From IMG/VR virus record IMGVR_UViG_3300021959_007960, positions 1 through 64,000 of that record: 64,000 nucleotides of DNA; one strand, written 5' to 3'. The notes beneath the pieces were generated by a model that worked only from the letters and a program-made list of their open reading frames with translations, ran no database searches and had not been told where the DNA came from. Both the position numbers and the translations under genes were made by a program. The DNA is from a virus. This document shows, piece after piece, positions 7,520-18,700 of this stretch (positions are counted from its first letter, which is position 1; the number at the start of each line of letters is the position of its first letter).

Positions 7520-7976
7520 ATATTTTAATATAGTAGTAGATACCAGGGAACAAAAACCTTGGGACTTTAATGATAGTTTTAATATAACCAAAGCTAAATT
7601 AGATACTGGAGATTATAGTATAGAAGGACTAGAACACTTGGTATGTATAGAACGAAAAAGTAGCGTAAATGAAGTTAGTAATAATATTACCGAAAAGAGA
7701 TTTAAAGACGTCTTAGACCGTATGGCAGGATTTCCCCATCCCCATATACTATTTGAATTTGACCTATACGATATATTAAATTTCCCACATAATAGTGGAA
7801 TCCCTCAACGTTTATGGAAAAACCTTCGTATATCTCCCTTATTCCTGCTAAAATATATAACCGAAATAAACACAATATATGGTATACACACACATTTTTG
7901 TGGTAATAGAGAAAATGCACAAGCTATTGCCATTAGTATCATGAAGCGAGTAAATGAAAAACACAATAGAACCTAA
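7509..7976 (+). CDS. ERCC4-domain nuclease
   Basis: VDTREQ, GDY and IERKS motifs. Confidence 0.85.
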   Translation: MKNKYFNIVVDTREQKPWDFNDSFNITKAKLDTGDYSIEGLEHLVCIERKSSVNEVSNNITEKRFKDVLDRMAGFPHPHILFEFDLYDILNFPHNSGIPQRLWKNLRISPLFLLKYITEINTIYGIHTHFCGNRENAQAIAISIMKRVNEKHNRT

Positions 7977-9987
7977 AAAATTTGAAGAAGCGTGGCTAGG
8001 TCTAGGGGATACTAGCAATATATCTATCGACCATAATTGTATGATCGGTCGAAGTAAATATGATATTGAACATCCTGACGCTCACTTATTAAAAATCATG
8101 ACAGATCCTAAATATTTCGGATTTACTGTTAGGTCACTATTTGGAATAGAACTTCATCCTATACAGATTGCTATCTTACAAGAATTTTGGCAGAGACCAT
8201 TTCCTATGTTTATAGCTAGTCGTGGTTTTGGTAAGTCTTTTATACTGGCCATGTATGCTATGTTAAAATGCATGTTTGTTCCTGGTAGCAAGATTGTTAT
8301 TGTAGGTAGTGCATTTAGGCAGAGTAAAATTATATTTGAGTATATGGAAACTCTGTGGCGTAATAGTGATATATTAAGAAGTATTTTTGGGGCTGCTAGT
8401 GATGGACCAAGAAGAGATGTTGATCGTTGTACTCTCAGACTAGGAGACAGCTGGGCGGTTGCTATTCCATTAGGAACAGGAGATAAGATTAGAGGTTTAC
8501 GTGCTCATATTATTATAGCTGACGAATTTGCATCTATTAGTCCAGATATCTATGAGACTGTTGTTTCTGGTTTTGCTGCAGTTAGTGCTAGTCCTATTCA
8601 AAACGTTAAAGCAGAAGCTAAGAAGAAAGCTATGAAGGAAGTTGGTATTTGGACTCCTGAAATGGATAATTTGATGGTAAAGAAAAGCAATCAGGCTATT
8701 ATTAGTGGAACTGCTGATTATAGCTTTAAGCATTTTGCACAGTATTGGCGTAGATATAAAAAAATAATTGAGAGTGAGGGAGATTTACACATTCTGGAAG
8801 ATATATTTGGTGGGCCAGTTCCAGAAAATTTCAATTGGAGAGATTACAGTGTTATCAGAATTCCTTATGAACTTATACCCAAAGGATTCATGGACGATAA
8901 ACAAGTTGCCCGAGCGAAGGCTACTATACACAGTGGTATCTATCAAATGGAATACGCTGCATGTTTCACAAGTGACAGCGAGGGTTTCTTTAAAAGAAGT
9001 CTAATTGAATCTTGTACCTGTTCAGATAAAAAACCAATTCAAGGAATAGACGGAGTCATATCTTTTGACCCTAGCATTAAGGGAGATCCTAATAAGCAAT
9101 ACATTATTGGGGTCGATCCGGCTAGTGAAAAAGATAATTTTAGCATTACCGTGATAGAGCTTAATAAAGACCATCGTAGGTTAGTATATTGTTGGACAAC
9201 AAACAGAGGGAATTTTAGAGATAGACAAAAAACAGGATTGGTAGAAGATCATGACTTTTATAGTTTCTGTGCAAGAAAAATTAGAAACTTGATGAAAAGT
9301 TACAATGTAAAAACTATTGGTGTTGATGCCCAAGGAGGAGGAGTAGCTATTGAGGAAGCATTACATGATCCAAAAAATTTACAAGATGGAGAGGAACTGA
9401 TATGGCCAGTGATTGACTACGATAAAAGTAAACCAACAGATAATCAGGTAGGTTTACATATCTTAGAATTGGTGCAATTTGCCAAAGCCGATTGGGTTTC
9501 GCAGTCTAATCATGGTTTAAGGAAAGATTTAGAAGATAAGAAATTAATTTTTCCTAGATTCGATTCTCTCAGTATAGGGCTTGCTTTAGAAAATGAGGGT
9601 AAGAATATTCTAGAAGCAGATCTGAATCCTTTATATGACAGTTTAAGTGAATGTATTGTAGAGATTGAAGAATTAAAAAATGAGTTGACTACTATAGTCA
9701 TGAGTCAGACTAGCACAGGAGCTTATGCTAGAGATAAGTGGGATACTCCTGATACTAAAGGTGCTCATGGCAAAAAGGGCAAGTTAAGAAAGGATAGGTA
9801 TAGTTCATTATTAATATCTAATATGATAGCTAGAAAACTAGATTTACAACTAGAAGATATTAAGTATAATGTAATAGGTGGATCAACTAGAGATATTGTA
9901 AAGCCTAACAGTGATGAAATGTACCAAGGTCCAGAATGGTTCACCAATAGTGCAAATGATGATATTTATCGGGGAATCAATAAATAA
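7954..9987 (+). CDS. terL: Terminase large subunit
   Basis: Walker A ASRGFGKS, Walker B IIIADE, RNase H-like IGVDPA and C-terminal KDRYS. Confidence 0.92.
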   Translation: MKNTIEPKKFEEAWLGLGDTSNISIDHNCMIGRSKYDIEHPDAHLLKIMTDPKYFGFTVRSLFGIELHPIQIAILQEFWQRPFPMFIASRGFGKSFILAMYAMLKCMFVPGSKIVIVGSAFRQSKIIFEYMETLWRNSDILRSIFGAASDGPRRDVDRCTLRLGDSWAVAIPLGTGDKIRGLRAHIIIADEFASISPDIYETVVSGFAAVSASPIQNVKAEAKKKAMKEVGIWTPEMDNLMVKKSNQAIISGTADYSFKHFAQYWRRYKKIIESEGDLHILEDIFGGPVPENFNWRDYSVIRIPYELIPKGFMDDKQVARAKATIHSGIYQMEYAACFTSDSEGFFKRSLIESCTCSDKKPIQGIDGVISFDPSIKGDPNKQYIIGVDPASEKDNFSITVIELNKDHRRLVYCWTTNRGNFRDRQKTGLVEDHDFYSFCARKIRNLMKSYNVKTIGVDAQGGGVAIEEALHDPKNLQDGEELIWPVIDYDKSKPTDNQVGLHILELVQFAKADWVSQSNHGLRKDLEDKKLIFPRFDSLSIGLALENEGKNILEADLNPLYDSLSECIVEIEELKNELTTIVMSQTSTGAYARDKWDTPDTKGAHGKKGKLRKDRYSSLLISNMIARKLDLQLEDIKYNVIGGSTRDIVKPNSDEMYQGPEWFTNSANDDIYRGINK

Positions 9988-9994
9988 GGTGTAT
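9988..9994 (+). promoter_or_regulatory. Putative late promoter motif GGTGTAT
   Basis: Intergenic, directly upstream of the portal gene. Confidence 0.55.
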
Positions 9995-10037
9995 CTAAAA
10001 TATAACAATACTATTGCAATTCTATTAGAAAAAACAT

Positions 10038-12164
10038 ATGAAAGACAAAACAAACAAACCTGACGAAGCTTTCTGTTTCTGGGGAGACAGCGAAGAGAGC
10101 AAGAAAGAAGCTTTAGATGCTGCTGCTGGTTCTTTAGAGGAATATACTGGTATTCAACACGCCAAAGCAGGCGCTGGAAGGATGACAAACAGGACAGATT
10201 TTTCCAATGTATTACCTAATATTTCTGGTAAGCCTGGATTATCTAGATCTGACTATGATTATTTTAGACCTCAAGAATCTGTTCCAGAGGAAATCAAAGC
10301 AATACTCCGTAGAGCAGATGATATATATCAAAGAGTAGGTTTAGTTAAAAATGTAATTGATCTTATGGGAGACTTTTCTAGTCAAGGCATTACGATCTCT
10401 CATCCAAATAAAAGAATAGAAAGATTTTATAGAAATTGGTTTAAAAAAGCAAACGGAAAGGATAGAAGCGAAAGATTTTTAAATAATCTATATCGTTCTG
10501 GCAATATTGTCGTAACCAGACAAACAGCCAAACTTTCTAATAAGTCTATCCAAAACATGTATAAAGCCAACGCAGCAGATTTTTCAGATACTGATGTTAG
10601 GAATGAGACTTTAGCATTGGGTAAAAAAGAAATCCCTTGGAAATACACGTTTATCGACCCTGTGTATATTGAAATTGCAGCAGGGCCGTTAGCTTCTTTT
10701 GTGGGTGGTAAAAAGGCTTATGGGTTGAAGTTGCCAGCACACCTTAGAAAGATTATTAATTCTCCCAAGAATGATGCTGAAAAATTTATGGTAGCAAAAC
10801 TGCCACCAGAAGTTATTGAAGCAGCCAAGACTCGTAAGCCTTACTACCTTGATCCCAATAAGATTATTGTTAATCACTATAAAAAAGATGATTGGCAAAC
10901 TTGGGCATACCCAATGATTTATTCTATTATGGATGATATTACAGTCTTAGAAAAACTTAAACTTGCAGATATGGCGGCTTTGGATGGTGCTATTTCAAAT
11001 ATTAGAATCTTTAAATTAGGTAATCTAGATCACAAGATTGCTCCTACGAAAGCTGCTGCTTCTAAATTAGCATCTATTTTACAAAATAACGTTGGTGGAG
11101 GTACGATGGATGTTGTATGGGGTCCAGATATAGAACTTCTAGAATCTAATACAAATGTTCATCAATTCTTAGGTGAAGCTAAGTATACACCACATCTTAA
11201 CAATGTTTATGCAGGTTTGGGAATTCCCCCTACGCTTACCGGAACTTACGGAGCAGCAGGAACTACGAACAATTTTATTAGCTTGAAAACTCTTACTCAG
11301 AGACTACAGTATGGTAGAGATGTATTGCAAAAATTTTGGCAGGCAGAGCTAGACATGATACAAAAAGCCATGGGTTTCAGATACTCTGCAAAAGTAGAAT
11401 TCGATAGAATGGACTTGAGTAACGAGGAAGCAGAAAAAGCACTTATTATACAATTGGCTGATAGAAACATTATATCTAATGAATTTATACAGAAGAGATT
11501 TGGTGCTGATCCTGACTTAGAAAATGTTAGAATCAATCGAGAAGATAAGGCAAGAAGTTCAAGCAGAATGACTGAAAAACTTGGTCCATATACATCTACT
11601 AACGATAATTTAAAGAGAGTTGCTTTGCAATTAGGTATAGCTACTCCTAATCAAGTTGGTCTTCCTCTTAATGATAAATTAGACACAGAAGAGACATTGT
11701 TAGAATTAAAAAGTAAATTTGCTCCGAAGCAAAGAAATAAGGGTGCTCCGGGAGAAGGCAGACCTCGTAATTCAAAGGATTCTGAAAAAAGAAAAGAAAA
11801 AGAATTTGCTCCTCAAACTGGTGCTTCTTTAATTATGCATAGTTTGGGGCTTCAGGAAAAGATTGCTGATATAGTAAATCCTGTATTTTTAGAATATTTC
11901 AATAAAAAGAATATGAGAAGTTTATCTCAAGCAGAATATAACGAAACAGATAAGGTTAAAACTTCAGTATTATTTTCTATCAGTCCTTCTGAAATTTTAA
12001 CTGAAGAATTAGTCAAGAACAAGATTGCAGTTTCTCAGAAATCTAATGCTGTATCACAATATGGCAATTTTATCAAACAAGTAAAATCTACTGTAAATAA
12101 AGATTTAACCACAGATGACCATAAGCAATTAAAATCTTATTTTTATTCTATGGTGTATGGTTGA
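10038..12164 (+). CDS. Portal protein
   Basis: 708 aa directly after TerL; portal-like helical organisation (GLGIPPTL, VEFDRMDL); C-terminal GRP motif. Confidence 0.8.
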   Translation: MKDKTNKPDEAFCFWGDSEESKKEALDAAAGSLEEYTGIQHAKAGAGRMTNRTDFSNVLPNISGKPGLSRSDYDYFRPQESVPEEIKAILRRADDIYQRVGLVKNVIDLMGDFSSQGITISHPNKRIERFYRNWFKKANGKDRSERFLNNLYRSGNIVVTRQTAKLSNKSIQNMYKANAADFSDTDVRNETLALGKKEIPWKYTFIDPVYIEIAAGPLASFVGGKKAYGLKLPAHLRKIINSPKNDAEKFMVAKLPPEVIEAAKTRKPYYLDPNKIIVNHYKKDDWQTWAYPMIYSIMDDITVLEKLKLADMAALDGAISNIRIFKLGNLDHKIAPTKAAASKLASILQNNVGGGTMDVVWGPDIELLESNTNVHQFLGEAKYTPHLNNVYAGLGIPPTLTGTYGAAGTTNNFISLKTLTQRLQYGRDVLQKFWQAELDMIQKAMGFRYSAKVEFDRMDLSNEEAEKALIIQLADRNIISNEFIQKRFGADPDLENVRINREDKARSSSRMTEKLGPYTSTNDNLKRVALQLGIATPNQVGLPLNDKLDTEETLLELKSKFAPKQRNKGAPGEGRPRNSKDSEKRKEKEFAPQTGASLIMHSLGLQEKIADIVNPVFLEYFNKKNMRSLSQAEYNETDKVKTSVLFSISPSEILTEELVKNKIAVSQKSNAVSQYGNFIKQVKSTVNKDLTTDDHKQLKSYFYSMVYG

Positions 12165-12179
12165 TTCTGGAGGTAAAAA

Positions 12180-13778
12180 ATGAAAGTATTTCAACAAGAA
12201 TATGATGATGGTATTGGAACGGCAGTTGCTAATGACAAAAGCGTGTCTTTTGCTTCTGCTGTTGAACCGATAAATGTAGAGTCTGTTTCTACACAAATGA
12301 AGGCACTTGCTTCTGTGCAGGATGCCGATATGTACTATGTGCAATCTATTTTGGTTACTTCTAACTGGAATAAAAACGATGATGTTTTCCAGCCCGATGA
12401 AATCTGGAAAGCTAAAGAGACACCCGAACATAAACCTACAAATCTCAATCATGATGAGCATACTATTGTAGGACATATTATTTCTAATTACCCTATTACA
12501 AATGAGGGTATGTTAATAGATAAAGAAACTCCTGTAGATAATCTTCCTGAAAATTTTCATATTTTAACAGGTTCTGTAATCTATAAGGCTTATACAGATC
12601 CAGAACTAAAAGAAAGAACTAGGGATCTCATAGCTTCTATTGAGGATGGTACCAAATATGTCAGTATGGAATGTTATTTTAATAATTTCGATTACGGCCT
12701 GATTAGTAAGGTTGATGGATCTTATAAAGTAGTACCTAGAGATAATGCTAGCGCATATTTAACTAAATATTTAAGGGCATATGGTGGTACTGGGGAGAAG
12801 GATGAATATAAAATTGGTAGAGTATTAAGAAATATCACTTTTAGTGGTAAGGGTTATGTTGATAAACCTGCCAATGTTAATAGTGTTATTTTAAAAGATA
12901 AGATAGAAAAATTTGATGACTTAAAAAAAGAAGATTTAAAAAATGAAGATTTAGAAAATAAAGGTGTATCACTAGAATACGTAGAAACCCATAATACTGT
13001 GGAGGCTTGTATAATGAGCAAACAAGAGTTAGAAACCGAAACAAAAGAAGAATTAGTAGTTGCTTCTGAAACTGAAGCTGAAACTGCTGTAGAAGCTGTT
13101 GCAACTGAAAATGCTACAGAAGAAGCAGTTGAAGTAACAGAAACAGAGCAAGTGGTTGAAGCCTCACAGGAGGAAGTTGAAACTAAACAAGAATCAGAGG
13201 CAGAAATGAAAAAAGAAGATGAAGTTAAAGCTGAAATGATGAAGAAGAAGCTTGATGAAGCTGAAGCTGAAATGATGAAGCTTAAGAACGAAATGAAGAA
13301 AGATAAGGAATCCTTAGCAGAGATGACTAAGAAATATGCAGCTATAATGAAAGACCAACAGATGAAGAAGAGAATGGCTTCTTTAGCAGAGTGTGGTTTT
13401 GAAGATAACGAAATTGAAGAATCCTTAGCAGCTTATGATGCTCTTGATGATGATGCCTTTGATGCTGTTATTGCTGTCTACAAGAAGAAGATGGCAAAAC
13501 AGACTCCAAAGAATAAAGAAGAAAAGGATGACGAAGCTGAGGCAGGTAAGATGCCACCAGCACTAAAGGAAGCTTTAGAAAAGAAGAAGAAGAAAGAAGA
13601 AGAAAGCAAAGCTGAAGATTTTGATACAGCAGAAGAGATTTTAGAAGAGGTTGAAGAGACTGAAGCTCTAGATCTTACTGTTGGTGGTGAAGATAATTCA
13701 GAAATGAATACTACTAGCGCAGCTTTAATTGAATTTGTTTACTCTAGACTCGGTAAAAAACTAAATAAGGGAGAATAA
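12180..13778 (+). CDS. Prohead protease / scaffold fusion
   Basis: N-terminal domain with NLNH, VSMECYF and ITFSGKGYVDKPAN; C-terminal half is an acidic, Lys-rich coiled coil. Confidence 0.75.
   Translation: MKVFQQEYDDGIGTAVANDKSVSFASAVEPINVESVSTQMKALASVQDADMYYVQSILVTSNWNKNDDVFQPDEIWKAKETPEHKPTNLNHDEHTIVGHIISNYPITNEGMLIDKETPVDNLPENFHILTGSVIYKAYTDPELKERTRDLIASIEDGTKYVSMECYFNNFDYGLISKVDGSYKVVPRDNASAYLTKYLRAYGGTGEKDEYKIGRVLRNITFSGKGYVDKPANVNSVILKDKIEKFDDLKKEDLKNEDLENKGVSLEYVETHNTVEACIMSKQELETETKEELVVASETEAETAVEAVATENATEEAVEVTETEQVVEASQEEVETKQESEAEMKKEDEVKAEMMKKKLDEAEAEMMKLKNEMKKDKESLAEMTKKYAAIMKDQQMKKRMASLAECGFEDNEIEESLAAYDALDDDAFDAVIAVYKKKMAKQTPKNKEEKDDEAEAGKMPPALKEALEKKKKKEEESKAEDFDTAEEILEEVEETEALDLTVGGEDNSEMNTTSAALIEFVYSRLGKKLNKGE
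13014..13778 (+). CDS. Nested in-frame scaffold protein
   Basis: GGAGG at 13001-13005, in-frame ATG at 13014 and GGTGTAT at 12963-12969. Confidence 0.6.
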   Translation: MSKQELETETKEELVVASETEAETAVEAVATENATEEAVEVTETEQVVEASQEEVETKQESEAEMKKEDEVKAEMMKKKLDEAEAEMMKLKNEMKKDKESLAEMTKKYAAIMKDQQMKKRMASLAECGFEDNEIEESLAAYDALDDDAFDAVIAVYKKKMAKQTPKNKEEKDDEAEAGKMPPALKEALEKKKKKEEESKAEDFDTAEEILEEVEETEALDLTVGGEDNSEMNTTSAALIEFVYSRLGKKLNKGE

Positions 13779-13780
13779 AA

Positions 13781-14236
13781 ATGGCTCTAAAACCTGATCG
13801 TATCGAATTATTAAGTGACGTCTCTTTTTTCATGAGTACGACTGCAACAAGAGGCGGTGTGGTATCAGTTTCGACTGCATCCACCGGTGTTGGCGCTGCA
13901 ATGGACGACGCTAATGCTGTTGTAGCATATACAAGTAACCCTAGTGGTGCTTATCCAGTCGGTGTCTTATTGAATGATGTTGTTGATCTTGATCTTACAA
14001 GACAGCACATCAACTTTCACAAAGACGAAATCCAGAAGGGTGGCAAAGTTGCAGTCCTTCGAAAAGGCCAGGTTGTTACTAGCAACCTAGATGGCACGCC
14101 AGCAGCTGGTCAAACAGCTTACTTGCATAGTGGTGGTAATATTAGTGCTACTCAGTTGAGTGGTGCAGTAGCAGTTGGGCAGTTCCTGAGTGCAAAAGAT
14201 TCCGATGGTTACGCTAAAGTTTCAGTCAACATTTAA
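13781..14236 (+). CDS. Capsid decoration / cement protein
   Basis: 151 aa, beta-rich, located between the scaffold and major capsid genes. Confidence 0.65.
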   Translation: MALKPDRIELLSDVSFFMSTTATRGGVVSVSTASTGVGAAMDDANAVVAYTSNPSGAYPVGVLLNDVVDLDLTRQHINFHKDEIQKGGKVAVLRKGQVVTSNLDGTPAAGQTAYLHSGGNISATQLSGAVAVGQFLSAKDSDGYAKVSVNI

Positions 14237-14253
14237 TTAATGGGAGAATAAAA

Positions 14254-15267
14254 ATGTCAGTAAAATCAGAAAAATTTGAGCCTAGTCAAGAATTAACTGA
14301 TCTTTTGATGCGCTCTGGTTCCGCAGAAAAGACTCAGTCATTAGAGGCTAGTTCTCAGTTCGCTAAAGCCTTAGAGTTGCCATTGCGACAAGGTGTCCTT
14401 AGTGGGGATATCTTAGATGGTATTTTCGAACCAGTCAGATTAGCCGATAGTGCTGTACCAGAATTTCCATTGGACTTTCTAGCACCTGGCACAGAGTCTG
14501 ACTTTGTTGCTTACACGATTCCTAATCATGGATATATTCCAGAACGTCATGTCGAAGGCGACTATGTCATGGTTCCAACCTATGACATTGGTGCTAGCAT
14601 CGATTACCTTCTGAAGTATGCCAGAGATGCTCGCTGGGACGTTGTAGGTCGTGCAATGGAGGTTCTCGAATCTCAGTTCACGAAGAAGATGAATGACGAT
14701 GGCTGGCACACCATTTTAGCAGCTGGTGTAGACCGTAACATCGTTGTCTTTGATGATGATGCTGCTAATGGTCAGTTCAGCAAGCGTTTAGTAAGCTTGA
14801 TGAAAACTGTTATGCGTCGTAATGGTGGTGGTAACTCAACCTCAAATAACAGAGGTGCCCTAACAGACCTTTATGTTTCTCCAGAAGCTATGGAAGACAT
14901 TCGTAACTGGGGCGTTGATCAGGTCGATGAGGTTACTCGTCGTGAGATCTATACCGCTGCTGATGGTAGCGTTAACAGAGTGTTCGGTATCAACCTTCAC
15001 GATATCGACGAATTAGGAGAAGGTCAGGAATACCAGACTTTCTACACTAGCTCACTCTCTGGTACACAGCCATCAGGCCATAACACTGAGATGGTTGTGG
15101 GTCTTGATTTGCGTAAGAGAGACTCTTTTGTGATGCCAATTCGTCAAGAAGTTCAGATCTTTGAAGACGATTCACTTCACAGACAAAAAAGAGCTGGTTT
15201 CTACGGTTGGGCAGAACAGGGTTTTGCTGTGCTCGACAACCGCAGAGTATTGCTCGGTTCTCTTTAA
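14254..15267 (+). CDS. Major capsid protein (HK97-type)
   Basis: 337 aa; expected gene position; strong RBS; C-terminal GFYGWAEQGFAVLD; followed by a terminator. Confidence 0.85.
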   Translation: MSVKSEKFEPSQELTDLLMRSGSAEKTQSLEASSQFAKALELPLRQGVLSGDILDGIFEPVRLADSAVPEFPLDFLAPGTESDFVAYTIPNHGYIPERHVEGDYVMVPTYDIGASIDYLLKYARDARWDVVGRAMEVLESQFTKKMNDDGWHTILAAGVDRNIVVFDDDAANGQFSKRLVSLMKTVMRRNGGGNSTSNNRGALTDLYVSPEAMEDIRNWGVDQVDEVTRREIYTAADGSVNRVFGINLHDIDELGEGQEYQTFYTSSLSGTQPSGHNTEMVVGLDLRKRDSFVMPIRQEVQIFEDDSLHRQKRAGFYGWAEQGFAVLDNRRVLLGSL

Positions 15268-15292
15268 TTGTCTGACAACTACTGTCTAGTAG

Positions 15293-15323
15293 AAAAGGGC
15301 TGGCGTTTGCTAGCCCTTTTTTT
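15293..15323 (+). terminator. Rho-independent terminator
   Basis: AAAAGGGCTGGC-GTTT-GCTAGCCCTTTTTTT. Confidence 0.85.
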
Positions 15324-15375
15324 ATGATATTGTGTATATATTAGTAGCTTAATAGCTTTACTTAGGAGATTAAAT

Positions 15376-15777
15376 ATGGCAGCCAGCTTGTATGATTTTA
15401 ATATAGAACAAGGTTCTTCTTTTAGGATGACAGTTGTTTATAAAGATGCCAATAATAATCCTGTAGATATTAGAAATTGGTGCGCTAGGATAATTTGGAA
15501 AACAAATACTAATACTACTCAAACTTTTACTTCTACGAATTCAGATGCATCTCTGTACAAAGTAACCGTTGTAAACGATACTTCTGGTACAATAAAATTT
15601 GAATTACCAGCTTCTGTAACAAATGGGTATGATTTTAATAATGCTAAATATGATTTCGAGCTTGAGTCAGATGATGATCATTACACTGGTGGTGGTAAAT
15701 ATATCATTAGGATTTTATATGGCACTGTCACGCTTTTAAAGAGAAATAGTAAATCGAGCACACTTTTATCATGTTGA
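15376..15777 (+). CDS. Virion structural protein (BppU-N-like adaptor)
   Basis: YDFNIEQGSSF...KYDFEL...RILYGTV pattern; paralogous to 25693-26127. Confidence 0.55.
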   Translation: MAASLYDFNIEQGSSFRMTVVYKDANNNPVDIRNWCARIIWKTNTNTTQTFTSTNSDASLYKVTVVNDTSGTIKFELPASVTNGYDFNNAKYDFELESDDDHYTGGGKYIIRILYGTVTLLKRNSKSSTLLSC

Positions 15778-15784
15778 TTATAAT

Positions 15785-18700
15785 ATGGCAACATTCACAG
15801 TAGAGGTTTCAGGTTCCGAAAAGTATATACTTGATGTTAATACTAGTACAGCAGATAATTTTAATTCAACTTCATCACAAGATAAGTTCTTTTTAGAAAT
15901 ACAACAAGGTACTAGCGGAACAGCAGAAGCCAATAAAAATATAATAGAAATCACTACATCAGCAGATAGTGACTCAGATGCTTCTTCTTTAACAATAGAA
16001 AAAGTAAATGATATTAATTTGGTTGTGACTACAGATTTTGTAGTAAGTCATCCAACTATCTCTGCAGCATCTTCCGTAAATAATGATGGCAGTTTATTTA
16101 TTCAAGATGTTTTATTAGACCAATATGGACATGTAACTGGCTTAGCTGCTGCTTATGCTACTGGTACAGGGATTGGTGGTGGTTCTTCTACTTTCTTAAA
16201 TCTGACTGATACCCCATCTAGTTTTGTCGGTCAGGGTTCTAAATTTGTTGCTGTTAATTCAGCAGCTTCTGCATTAGAGTTTGTTTCTGGCTCTATTTCT
16301 TCGTCTGATACTGATGCATATCTTACTGGTGTTTCTTATGATTCTAGTACCCATAATTTAGTTTTAACAACACACTCTGGATCTGTGACTGGTGTTTTAA
16401 ACGGTGTTGTTCATAGCGGTGACAATATCAGCTTGTTAGTTAATGACGCTGGATATGCAACAACTGGCCAATTATCTAGTACTTCTGGGTATTTACAAAG
16501 CCAAATAGATGGAGTAGATACGGACACAAATACTTTTGTTACTGGAGTATCATATAGCTCAAGCACTCATGAACTTGTATTGACCAGAAACAGCGGTTCT
16601 GTCACAGGTATTTTGAATGATATTATTCATAGTGGAGACAACATAAGCTTTTTGGTAAATGATAGCGGATATATCAACACTGAAACTGATCCAATTTTTA
16701 CAGCTTCTGTGGCTTATAATATCACATCGTTAGACACAGGCAATTGGGATTCCGCTTACGATTGGATTACTAATAATAGCGGAACCATATTAAGCAGCGG
16801 TGATAATGTTAGTCTTTTAGTCAATGACGCCAATTACGCTGCCAGCGGAGATAATGTTAGCCTATTCGTTAATGATGCGGGATACCTCACAGAGCATCCA
16901 ACCATAACAGCAGCATCATCTTCTGATAATTCTGGCCGAACTTACATACAAGACATATTATTAGATCAGTATGGTCATATCACAGGGCTCGCAACCTCAT
17001 CTGAGACAGGCGTAGAAGCATACTATGCTGGCACTGGTTTAACACTAAATGGTGTTACTTTTCATATTACTGGAGTAGATACATCACTGCTGGTTGGTAC
17101 TGTAGATAATAATCAGCTTACCAATAGTTCTATAACTATCAACGCTGGAACTGGATTAACTAATGGTGGAACAGTAAGTCTTGGTGATTCCATAAATATT
17201 GATATTGATGAGACGGTTGTTCAAAGTGGTGACAATGTTAGTTTGCTCGTTAATGACGCTAATTATGTTGATGGTTCTGGTACAGTAAACTATATCACTA
17301 AATGGAGCGATAATAATACTGTTACAGATAGCATTATTTATGATGATGGTACAAATATTGGTATTGGAACAAACTCCCCACAAACTGAATTAGATGTTAG
17401 TGGTAATTTAACAGCATTGACTGGGTATATTGATGCTCTTGCATTCAATGTTGATGCTGAAGCACAATTATTAAAGGGGCAAATAAGCTGGGATGACACT
17501 GAGGGTGTTATCAGTATGGGCTTGACTGACACCCTAACAATCCATATTGGAGAACAAAGATTTTATAGAGTAAGAAATCAAACTGGTAGCCCCTTATATA
17601 AAGGTCAATTTGTTTATGCTACTGGCGTACACAGCAATGGCATTATAACCCCAGCAAAATATATTGCCGATAGCACCATTCAAGAAGTGAGATTTATTGG
17701 CGTTGTTATGGAGACAGTTAATAACAATAACAATGGGTATGTAGCAGATTTCGGACACATTCAAAATATAGATATGCGAGGTTCTGTTGCTTCAAACTAT
17801 GCTGTTGGCGACGAAACTTGGCTAAACGGAGATATTCTTTATGCTCACGCAACCGTTGCTGGAAAATTGACAAAAAATAAACCAAAACATGCCATAACAG
17901 TTGCTATCATTTTAGATAATAGTAGTAATGGTAAAATGTTTGTGAGACCAACAACATTTGGTGATCTTGATGATAACCATACGGTTAATACTAGCGGTGT
18001 AACTAATGGTCAATTTTTACAATATAATGCTACAACAGATTATTGGGTTCCTAGCTCTAGTGGAAATTTTACTAGTTTACAACTCAATGGTAGTGGAGTA
18101 CTAGCCTCTGGAACAACCTATCACCCAATAGTGTCTGCAGCAAGCTCGTCCGATAATAGCGGCGGCACATTTATACAAGATATATTGTTAGATTCAAACG
18201 GCCACGTTACAGGCTTGGCTACATCTGTTGCTGCTGTGAGCGGAGATAACATTAGTATATTTGTTAATGATTCTGGCTATCTAACAGAGCATCCAACTAT
18301 AACAGCTGCGTCATCCTCTGACAACAGTGGTAGAACATATATTCAAGACATATTATTAGACTCTTACGGACATATTACAGGAATAACTACAGCAACAGAG
18401 ACAGTTACAGACACAGATACAACATATACAGCAGGTACTGGATTAGATCTTAGTGGTACAGAGTTTAACATAGATAGTACAGTATTGACTACAGGTAGTA
18501 GTATTTCTAGCCTAAGTAATGTAAACGTGTCCGCACCGATAAACAATGATCAAGTGCTTTCGTATTCATCTGGTTTTGGTTTTACAAATACTGATCTTGG
18601 TCTTAACTTAATGAAAAGAGGAAGCATTCCATTTGGTGGATATAGTGATGCTCAAATGGGTCATTATTTCTTCTTTGATGGAAGTTCCGAAGCTGTTATA

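Noticed and set aside
7954-9987. Intein or intron in terL
   Set aside because: The ORF is continuous with no intein end motifs or LAGLIDADG block.
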